Of a DNA stretch of 13,053 nucleotides, positions 6,476 through 13,053 are shown one piece after another. The notes beneath the pieces were generated by a model that was not told the DNA's origin, did no database searches, and worked only from the letters and a program-made list of their open reading frames with translations. The translations under genes were made by a program, and so were the position numbers. Each line of letters opens with the position of its first letter. Positions within the stretch are counted from its first letter, which is position 1. This stretch comes from Candidatus Methylomirabilis sp. (GTDB taxonomy: Bacteria > Methylomirabilota > Methylomirabilia > Methylomirabilales > Methylomirabilaceae). The stretch covers positions 1 through 13,053 of the forward strand of contig JBGQJI010000064.1 of the NCBI GenBank assembly GCA_041498975.1, read 5' to 3'.

Positions 6476-8161
6476 TTACCGCAAGATCCCGGTCAGCACC
6501 CTGCCTTCACAGCCGTTCGGTGGCCGCACGTTGAGCAGGAACGCCAGGGTTCTGCCGAGATCCACCACCTCGGCGTCTCCGTACTTCCCCGGCTTCACCC
6601 ATTTGCTGCCCAGGAACATCAGCGGCACATTGGTGTCGTAAGTGTAGGGCGCGCCGTGGGTCGAAGCATACGCCAACGGTTTTTCGAACAGGTACCAGTT
6701 CGGCTTGTTGATCAGGACGATGTCCCCGCTATATTGCTGGTGCCACGCTAGGGTCACCTGTCTGGCTATCTTGGTCGGCGGAAGTTTGCCGTTTTGCAAC
6801 TGAGTGCGCGTGTACACGAAGGCGATCCCCGGATACTCGATGAGGAATTGGGCGGCTGCGTTCTCGACATCGGTGCGGTTGAGGTTCTTGCCGTCGATCA
6901 GGTCGTAGTCGAGATACAGGGTCGGATTCCACCAGGCGGTGACATACTTGGCATCGCCGAACTTCTTCGACAGGTGAGCGTTGACCGCCTCGATCATTTT
7001 CTCCGGGTCGATGCGGCCCGCATCGAGATTCTTTGATGTGCTGTACTCGGGGATGTTCATGAAGCCGTGGTCCGCGCTCAATGTGATGAGAACGGTATCC
7101 AACCCGACCCACTTATCCAGGTACTGGAAGAACTCGGCGAACACCCGATCGAGTCGTAACAGGTGGTCTTGGGCTTGTTTGCTTTCCGGCCCAAAAAGGT
7201 GATGGACGTAGTCGTGAGTGGTCCAACTGATCGCCAACAGGTCGGGGACACCGGCGGGGTTCTTGCCGAGGCTCTCGCCCTCGATCGCAGCCTTGACGAA
7301 ATCCAACGTCAGATTGTCACCGTAGGGAGTCCAGATCATCGCGTCGTAATAGCCGGGTCCGGGGTTGTCCGCACCGCCGCTGATGGGGTGGGGGAACTTG
7401 GTGCCCAGCCCTTTGTAATTTTTCGACCATGGGCGGTCGTCAGGAGCCGATCGGGCATACGCCTCATCCTGAAGCAAAGGGGTCCAGACCTCGCCGAAGT
7501 ACCTGTCCTGGGGCTTGCCCGCGTAGAAGCTATTCCACCACTCCGGATACTCCTTCATATAGTAATCGGAAGTGATGAAGCGTCCGGTGCTGGTGCTGTG
7601 CATATAGGCGGTGCCGGCATGCCCTCCAAGTCCGATTGCGCTGCGGTCTTTCCCCGACACCGTGATGACCTTCGATTTGCCGTTGGCGTAAATCAGTTCA
7701 TCTCCCACCGTGGTAACCTTGAGATTGAGCGGCGAAGTTCCCTGATGCTTCTTGGTTTCTTCCCCCAGGTACTTGTGCTTTGGGTCCTCGGTGGAGTACA
7801 CCCGCTCCTTGGTCTTTTTGTCCAGCCAGTCGTTGCCGATGATCCCGTGCTTGTACGGATGGGCGCAGGAAAGCAGTGTGGCATGGCCTACTGCGGTATA
7901 CGTCGTGGCGTGACTGTAGTTCGCGTTGTTGAACCAAGCCCCCTGGTCGAGGAAGCGCTTCAGTCCGCCCTCTCCGAGCAGATCATAGTACTTGACCACC
8001 TGCTCCTGCGGGAAGCCGTCAACAACCATGAACACCACCAGCTTTGGTGGGGCGATGCCGGCGGGCGCCTGGTCGGCAGCCTGGACCAGGCCGGCCGACA
8101 GAATGGCTGAAAGCAAGTAGACGAGGACGGATAACGATCGCAGACGTCTCACGCTTACCAT
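6476..8161 (-). CDS. Secreted alkaline phosphatase superfamily protein, PafA/PhoK-like, about 561 aa
   Basis: Start reassigned to ATG 8161 (GGAGGAGAGACC-ATG; signal peptide ending VQA). Motifs VVDG, TYTAVGHAT (Thr nucleophile), GIIGNDW, KDRSAI (PafA-type Lys/Arg), HDYVHH, SADHG, STHG. Confidence 0.92.
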   Translation of the reverse strand: MVSVRRLRSLSVLVYLLSAILSAGLVQAADQAPAGIAPPKLVVFMVVDGFPQEQVVKYYDLLGEGGLKRFLDQGAWFNNANYSHATTYTAVGHATLLSCAHPYKHGIIGNDWLDKKTKERVYSTEDPKHKYLGEETKKHQGTSPLNLKVTTVGDELIYANGKSKVITVSGKDRSAIGLGGHAGTAYMHSTSTGRFITSDYYMKEYPEWWNSFYAGKPQDRYFGEVWTPLLQDEAYARSAPDDRPWSKNYKGLGTKFPHPISGGADNPGPGYYDAMIWTPYGDNLTLDFVKAAIEGESLGKNPAGVPDLLAISWTTHDYVHHLFGPESKQAQDHLLRLDRVFAEFFQYLDKWVGLDTVLITLSADHGFMNIPEYSTSKNLDAGRIDPEKMIEAVNAHLSKKFGDAKYVTAWWNPTLYLDYDLIDGKNLNRTDVENAAAQFLIEYPGIAFVYTRTQLQNGKLPPTKIARQVTLAWHQQYSGDIVLINKPNWYLFEKPLAYASTHGAPYTYDTNVPLMFLGSKWVKPGKYGDAEVVDLGRTLAFLLNVRPPNGCEGRVLTGILR

Positions 8162-8370
8162 GGTCTCTCCTCCTCCAAGGGAATTGCTTATCCGCGCAGA
8201 ACCTCGGTGGTTATGGCGCCTTGCAGACAAAGGGCGCCAAGTCGATTCTTCGAAATCTTGCGCCCCATTGCTGGTCGCATCCCTCCACACGGGCACTCCT
8301 GTTCAGCGGGTCGTGTCGAGGACGGATCATTTGATTGAAACCCACGGGATCTGTTTTGCGCCCCAACCTC

Positions 8371-8397
8371 ATAATACCCCGAAGACGCCTCTGTCAA
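8371..8397 (-). promoter_or_regulatory. Possible sigma-70 promoter for the phosphatase
   Basis: Minus strand TTGACA (8397-8392) and TATTAT (8376-8371); spacer only 15 nt, so suboptimal. Confidence 0.3.
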
Positions 8398-8521
8398 GGA
8401 AAATCGAGGGCTGGAACGCTTCGGTTGGCGCACCGAAAATCGCTATCAAGTCGAGTTGCAGGCCGGCCAATGGCGCGTCCGCACCCCTTGCCCACCGAGT
8501 CGCCAGTGACGGTCGGACCGG

Positions 8522-8878
8522 TCAAGGAGTTCTCCGGCCGGCGAGGAGCCTTGCATAGGTCAGCTCGTCGAATCCACGAACGATGACATCCCCAACGATG
8601 AGGACGGGGATCCTCAATTGGCCGTCCTCATGAACGAAGGCCCGTTTGAGGTCGGCCTCCGGGATGGCGGCTTCACGTTGATCCCATCGGAGGATCTCCC
8701 CACCCATCTTCACGTACAGCGTGGGGAAGCGCCTGGCGATGTGCATCGCCTCTGCGCTTCGGACCGGACGGCGGTCAACGTCATGATCGGCGTAGGCGAT
8801 GCCGTATTGCGAGAGCAACTCCCTCGCACTGTCGCAGGCAGGTCATCCTGCACGATTGTACAGGACGATCTCGGTCAT
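8522..8878 (-). CDS. ArsC/Spx/glutaredoxin-like thioredoxin-fold probable selenoprotein (UxxC), 118 aa
   Basis: GGAGGAGCC-ATG at 8878 gives MTEIVLYNRAG*PACDSARELLSQYGIAYADHDV...LRIPVLIVGDVIVRGFDELTYARLL; the TGA at 8845-8843 occupies the first Cys position of the CxxC motif; RIPVLIV is the cis-Pro motif and VRGF the ArsC/Grx-like C-terminal motif. The ORF track only shows 8522-8818. Confidence 0.85.
8808..8828 (-). promoter_or_regulatory. Candidate bacterial SECIS hairpin
   Basis: mRNA UGA-14 nt-UGCGAGGG-AGUUG-CUCUCGCA: 8-bp stem (one G-U), apical loop with GU near its 5' side, loop starting 22 nt after the UGA. Confidence 0.65.
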
Positions 8879-8945
8879 GGCTCCTCCGTTTGGGTGTGCG
8901 TCAAATTTGTGGGGAAAGTGCCGCGGACCTTGTGAATCCGTACCG

Positions 8946-8971
8946 ATCTGACAGTACCAGTACTATCAGAT
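8946..8971. promoter_or_regulatory. Operator-like palindrome inside the MITE
   Basis: ATCTGACAGTAC-CA-GTACTATCAGAT, 11/12 symmetric with a 2-nt centre, AT-richer than its surroundings. Confidence 0.35.
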
Positions 8972-8995
8972 GAGATTCCAAGCGGCCGCTTCAAA

Positions 8996-9134
8996 CCCGT
9001 TCACCCTGAGGAGCGGCCCTCTTCCCAGGCCGCGTCTCGAAGGGCGCTCCGCATCCCGGCAGCCCGCACCCGAGCGCTGACGACGCGCTTCGAGACGGCC
9101 GCCAAAAAGACGCGGCCTCCTCAGCGCGAACGGG
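8996..9134. repeat. REP/REPIN-like composite palindrome nested in the MITE
   Basis: CCCGTTCACCCTGAGGAG pairs with CTCCTCAGCGCGAACGGG (16/18), CGTCTCGAAGGGCG pairs with CGCGCTTCGAGACG (13/14); each arm carries a side hairpin (CGGCC-N9-GGCCG; GCCGC-N9-GCGGC). Confidence 0.8.
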
Positions 9135-9243
9135 GGGTTGAGAGGCTGAGATTGACGAAAGCGAAGCCACAAATTTGTCGCACACCACCTCCGTTTACAC
9201 GCCATCGGAACCAATGCGCCCACCGGATCTTGGCTCGCCCCCT

Positions 9244-9267
9244 CTGCCGTCCGCCGAATGACGGCAG
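9244..9267 (-). other. Stem-loop just downstream of the decarboxylase
   Basis: CTGCCGTC-N8-GACGGCAG perfect 8-bp stem, 14 bp after the stop; no U-tract, so not a classical intrinsic terminator. Confidence 0.3.
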
Positions 9268-9281
9268 CGACCTCGCTCCAG

Positions 9282-10592
9282 CTACGCCTCGCCGCTCAAC
9301 TCCATGAACTGCTCCTCCACGGACCTCTTGCGATGCAGCGAGATCCACTCGGCCTTGTCCACCAGGATCGCGTTCGGGATCATCTCCCCGAAGTTCTGGG
9401 CCAATGAAAAGGTGTACGCGCCGCAATTGAACACGGCGAGCACCTCGCCGGGCTCGATCGTCCCGCTCACGAAGGAGACTGGATCGGTCTCTGTCGGCAT
9501 GCAGAGGAAATCACCCAGGGTGTACCGGGTCCGCCCCGGTCGAGGCTGCGAAGGGACGGCCACGTATTCCGCATTCTCGCGCGGAGGAAGGACGTTCCGG
9601 CCCGCATCGACCAACACCCAGCGTCTCCCGCCGTTCTGTTTGCACGACAGGACGCTCGCCAGGCACACGGCGGCATCGTTCACCAGGAACCTGCCCGGCT
9701 CGATGAGAATCTCCCGGTCGCCCTGAAGGCCCTTCAGCGGGTCCATCATGGTGGCGATGAAGCTTTTGAGCGTGTGACCGCGCGCTTCCATGAGATGGCG
9801 GCTCCCGAATCCTCCCCCGAAGTCGAGGACCCGGATCCGGATTCCAAGATCGGCCTCCACACGTCGGACGAATTTCACCACCGCGGCAACGTGCGCCCGG
9901 TGGGCATCCGGCAGGTACTGCCTGGTATAGCTGTGGCAATGCACCGCGCGAAGCGAGAGGAAGCGCGAGCGGGCGATCCGTTTGACCGCGACCGCCGCTT
10001 CTCCGGTCGGCACGTCAAAACCGAATTTCGATCCCGGCGGCGCGAACGGCCCCCGGAGGCGTCGTGACAGCAGCGGGTTGATCCTCAGGCCCACCCCGAT
10101 CGTCCTGCCAGCCCTCAGACCCAGGGCCTCCAGCAAGGCGATCTCAGAGAGTGACTCGACGTTGATGAGGAAAACGCCGTCGGTGACAGCGCGCTCCAGG
10201 AATTCCGGTCGCTTTGCGGGACCGTTCACCACGACCTGATCCGGAGAAAATCCGATCCGTCTGGCAAGAAGATACTCGAATTCCGACATCACCTCGACAT
10301 TGAATCCGGCCTCTCTCACCAGCGAGACAACCCCAACCAGATAGCAGGCTTTGAGGGCGAAGTGGATGCGAATCGGATGGGGACACACCTGCCCGGCGGC
10401 CACAGCCTCTGCGATGTTGTCGCGCAGGCGAGCCGATGAATAGACCAGCAGCGGGGTCCCCAGTTGTTTCAGGATCTCCCGATACGAAAGCGCCTCGATC
10501 CACAGCTTCCCGCCTTCCGTGCGGAATGCCCCGTCATGACGCAGGAAGCGGCGCGTGGCAGATGACGCGAAGAGATATTCGTCGCGGGTCAC
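9282..10592 (-). CDS. Fold type III PLP-dependent decarboxylase, diaminopimelate decarboxylase (LysA)-like, substrate uncertain, 436 aa
   Basis: GTPLLVYS, FALKAC (PLP Lys), NGPAK, NVES, GLRINP, SKFG, HCH, LDFGGGF, EPGRFLV, VDAG, FLCMP (catalytic Cys), GAY. GTG start overlaps the upstream stop (GTGA, 10589-10592). Confidence 0.9.
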   Translation of the reverse strand: MTRDEYLFASSATRRFLRHDGAFRTEGGKLWIEALSYREILKQLGTPLLVYSSARLRDNIAEAVAAGQVCPHPIRIHFALKACYLVGVVSLVREAGFNVEVMSEFEYLLARRIGFSPDQVVVNGPAKRPEFLERAVTDGVFLINVESLSEIALLEALGLRAGRTIGVGLRINPLLSRRLRGPFAPPGSKFGFDVPTGEAAVAVKRIARSRFLSLRAVHCHSYTRQYLPDAHRAHVAAVVKFVRRVEADLGIRIRVLDFGGGFGSRHLMEARGHTLKSFIATMMDPLKGLQGDREILIEPGRFLVNDAAVCLASVLSCKQNGGRRWVLVDAGRNVLPPRENAEYVAVPSQPRPGRTRYTLGDFLCMPTETDPVSFVSGTIEPGEVLAVFNCGAYTFSLAQNFGEMIPNAILVDKAEWISLHRKRSVEEQFMELSGEA

Positions 10593-11764
10593 GATACTTG
10601 CTCTACGGGATTCGGTTCACGGTGGACTCCCGACTGAAGCTCGGCGGCGACCTTCGTGAGCCCACCATGACACTCCTGACGACTGTGGCCGCGAGAGAAA
10701 ACCGTGCAGACCGGCTTGCCTCGGCCTATGCGCTCGCCCTCAGGCGGCAGGTCTCTCGCGCCATGCTCGTACCACCCTCTGGGATCGTGGAAGATCAGAT
10801 CTCCGGTCGCGAAGACGACGGCCTTCCCCAGGTAGTCGGGTGCAGTTGCAGTGTGCGCGCCGAGATCGAAGTCGGAAGGCATCCCCTGGCAGGCGGCCAG
10901 ATGCGCACCGAAGATATTGATCCCATAGGCACGTTCTACGAGCTCCATCGAGGCGGTGTAACGAGGATTGATTTCAAGTGGATAGATCGCTCTCTCCTTC
11001 AGGATGAAGTCCATCCCGTTCGCTCCGACGAGGTGGAATTCTCGCGCAATGGCCCGCACGATCTCTCGCACACCTTTGATTATTTCGGGCCATCGCGCAT
11101 GACGTCTTTGTACCACCGGCCCTAGGATACTGCCGCAGTAGCGAAAGCCGTCCGCCCCGAACTCTTTCTCGCCAACGAGTTGCTCGGAGATCCCCAGCAG
11201 AGTGCAATCCAGGCCGTCCGCAACGAACACCGCGCTACATGCGAGGCCATCCACGTACTCCTGAAAGAACACACCCGGCTCGACTCGGGTCCCTGGAGCA
11301 TGAAACGCGATGCCATGGCCACCGCCGCTGCGCTCGGGCTTGCGCAGCCACCGGGTGTTGGGGTCGAGGTCGGATACCGCTGAGGGGAAGCAGATCTTCG
11401 GCGACGGGATCCCTGCCCGCTCGAGGAACCCGAAGAATCGGGCAGGATCTCTCACTGATGACAGTACCGACGCGCGATTGCCCAACACCGGCTTTCCACG
11501 GCGCAACAGCTCAACCACGGACGGATGGTTTTCGAGGTTGGCGACATAGGCCAGCGCATCGCAGGTCAGGTCTCCGGCCAGAGTGACAAGATGCTGGGGG
11601 CTGTAGGGCAGGCCGAGGTCTCTCCTGATGGATCGACTCTCGCAGAGCAGTTGCAGGTCGAAATCCCCGAAGTAATCGACCGCGATGATCCGATGCGGAA
11701 GCCCGCTCCGAACCGCCGACTCAACCAGGCCGCGCGCGCTCACTCCCGCAATTAGAATGTCCAC
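10589..11764 (-). CDS. ATP-grasp carboxylate-amine ligase (COG2232-like, resembling archaeal/methylotroph C1-cofactor-cluster proteins), 391 aa
   Basis: N-terminus ILIAGVSARGLVESA...VDYFGDFDL, KPERSGGGHGI, FQEYVDG, RYCGSI, GANGMDFIL, LEINPRYTASMEL, GKPVCTV; GTG start with GAAGGA upstream. Confidence 0.85.
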   Translation of the reverse strand: MDILIAGVSARGLVESAVRSGLPHRIIAVDYFGDFDLQLLCESRSIRRDLGLPYSPQHLVTLAGDLTCDALAYVANLENHPSVVELLRRGKPVLGNRASVLSSVRDPARFFGFLERAGIPSPKICFPSAVSDLDPNTRWLRKPERSGGGHGIAFHAPGTRVEPGVFFQEYVDGLACSAVFVADGLDCTLLGISEQLVGEKEFGADGFRYCGSILGPVVQRRHARWPEIIKGVREIVRAIAREFHLVGANGMDFILKERAIYPLEINPRYTASMELVERAYGINIFGAHLAACQGMPSDFDLGAHTATAPDYLGKAVVFATGDLIFHDPRGWYEHGARDLPPEGERIGRGKPVCTVFSRGHSRQECHGGLTKVAAELQSGVHREPNPVEQVS

Positions 11765-11793
11765 TCTTGGTCCTTCGCCGCAGGCGCAGGGAC

Positions 11794-11831
11794 GCTGTCG
11801 GCTTTCAGCTGTCAGCGCTCAGCTTTCCGCT
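11794..11831. repeat. Second degenerate 7-bp tandem array
   Basis: GCTGTCG GCTTTCA GCTGTCA GCGCTCA GCTTTCC GCT, same TCAGC register as the 3580-3674 array. Confidence 0.6.
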
Positions 11832-11955
11832 TCCCATTGAGTCCTGCGCGCTGGCGGCTGAGCGTGATGAAGGATCAGCCCGAAGCGGTTGTCCTGTCAA
11901 GCGGTTTTTGCGGGGCGGCACTGGCTCGGAATAGCGAAGGTCGGCAAGCGCTTTC

Positions 11956-13053
11956 CTACTTCTTCAGCGCCGCTACGAGCTTCGTAAGCGTCTGCTTGGC
12001 GTCGCCGAAGACCATCATCGTGTTGGGCTGCACGAAGAGCTCGTTCTCGATCCCCGCAAAACCCGGATTCATGCTGCGCTTGAGCACGATCACCGCGCGC
12101 GCCTCTTCCACATTGAGCACGGGCATACCGTAGATCGGGCTGGCGGGATTACGCTTGGCGGCCGGGTTGACGACATCATTCGCGCCGACAACAAGCACCG
12201 CATCCGTCCTCGAGAATGCGTCGTTGATGTTTTCGAGGTCATAGATTTGGTCATACGGAACATTGGCCTCGGCCAGGAGCACGTTCATGTGCCCTGGCAT
12301 ACGGCCGGCCACGGGGTGGATGGCATATTTCACCGTAATGTTGCTCGTGTCCAGCAGGTCTGCCAGCTCGCGCAAGGCATGTTGGGCCTGAGACACCGCC
12401 ATCCCATAGCCGGGGGCGATGACGACACTCTGCGCGTTCCACAGCACGGTGGCCGCATCGTCGATGGTCCCTTCATTGATACCCCCGGCGGCCGACTCCG
12501 CACCTACGGGGGCCGTCTCGACTACCGCTCCGAAAGCCCCGAAGAGGACATTCGTGAAGGAGCGATTCATGGCCTTACTCATCATAATGGAAAGGAAGAA
12601 GCCGGACGCTCCGTCAAGCGCCCCACTGATAATCAAGATGTTGTTCGATAGCACAAACCCGGTAGCAGAGGCGGCCAGGCCCGCGTAGGAGTTCAATAGC
12701 GAGATGACGACCGGCATGTCGGCCCCACCGATCGGCAACACCAAGAGAACCCCTAGCAGGAATCCGAGCCCCAGCATGACGTAGAAGAGCAGGAAATGGG
12801 TCGGGACGAGAACCAGGTAGCCGATCAGTCCCAGGGTGATTGCCAAGAGTGAGATGTTCGATGCGTTTTGAAATTTGTAGGTCACCGGCACCCCGGTGAT
12901 CATTCCCTGTAGCTTTCCGAAGGCCATCAGGCTGCCCGTGAAGGTCAGGGCCCCGAGCATGACTTCAAACCCGATCGGCACCATCTTGACGGCGCTCAGC
13001 TCCCCGCCGTGCCGGTAGTACTCAGAGACCCCCACGAGAGCGGCCGCTAATCC
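11956..13053 (-). CDS. pntB: NAD(P) transhydrogenase subunit beta, 5' end off-window
   Basis: Frame open to the window edge (GLAAALVG...); motifs GALTFTGSLMAFGKL, PIGGADMPVVISLLNSYAGLA, KAMNRS, PGYGMAVSQAQH, HPVAGRMPGHMNVLLAEA, GANDVVNPAA, KRSMNPGFAG, GDAK. Confidence 0.98.
   Translation of the reverse strand, partial: GLAAALVGVSEYYRHGGELSAVKMVPIGFEVMLGALTFTGSLMAFGKLQGMITGVPVTYKFQNASNISLLAITLGLIGYLVLVPTHFLLFYVMLGLGFLLGVLLVLPIGGADMPVVISLLNSYAGLAASATGFVLSNNILIISGALDGASGFFLSIMMSKAMNRSFTNVLFGAFGAVVETAPVGAESAAGGINEGTIDDAATVLWNAQSVVIAPGYGMAVSQAQHALRELADLLDTSNITVKYAIHPVAGRMPGHMNVLLAEANVPYDQIYDLENINDAFSRTDAVLVVGANDVVNPAAKRNPASPIYGMPVLNVEEARAVIVLKRSMNPGFAGIENELFVQPNTMMVFGDAKQTLTKLVAALKK

Larger units (their letters stand above)
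8892..9187. mobile_element. Non-autonomous MITE, 296 bp, IS256-like ends, 9-bp target site duplication
   Basis: TIRs GGTGTGCGTCAAATTTGTGG (8893-8912) and CCACAAATTTGTCGCACACC (9167-9186), 19/20 complementary; direct repeat CCTCCGTTT at 8883-8891 and 9188-9196; no transposase ORF. Family assignment is inference from TSD length and end sequence. Confidence 0.85.

Noticed and set aside
7163..8110. 315-aa plus-strand ORF
   Set aside because: Antisense shadow of the phosphatase gene.
8162..8296. 45-aa N-terminal extension of the phosphatase
   Set aside because: Strong RBS and signal peptide support ATG 8161.
8522..8818. 98-aa ORF as the complete gene, or a pseudogene call
   Set aside because: Lacks an RBS and the active site; TGA at the catalytic Cys position plus a SECIS-like hairpin favours recoding, though a nonsense mutation is not excluded.
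8966..9223. Short ORFs inside the MITE as transposase remnants
   Set aside because: No DDE or HUH motifs; they are translations of the GC-rich palindrome.
9282..10592. Assigning the symbol lysA
   Set aside because: The fold is clear but substrate-specificity motifs diverge from canonical LysA.
10436..11125. 229-aa plus-strand ORF
   Set aside because: Antisense to the ATP-grasp and decarboxylase genes; no independent support.

Overview
GC-rich bacterial window in which every credible gene lies on the minus strand. In transcription order (right to left): pntB (5' end off-window), an ATP-grasp ligase coupled to a LysA-like (fold type III PLP) decarboxylase, a 296-bp IS256-like MITE with a 9-bp target duplication and a nested palindromic repeat, a small ArsC/glutaredoxin-like protein with an in-frame UGA in a UxxC motif and a SECIS-like hairpin (probable selenoprotein, truncated in the ORF track), a PafA-like secreted alkaline phosphatase, then a sigma-54 module: TonB-dependent receptor, sensor kinase, NtrC-family activator and a second TonB-dependent receptor (3' end off-window, absent from the ORF track). 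Both receptors have -24/-12 promoters at exactly the same distance from a shared RBS motif. Intergenic regions hold heptamer tandem/inverted repeats and REP-like palindromes. The gene content would fit a diderm C1-metabolising organism (e.g. NC10/Methylomirabilota-like), but that is only an impression. No rRNA, tRNA or CRISPR array was seen.
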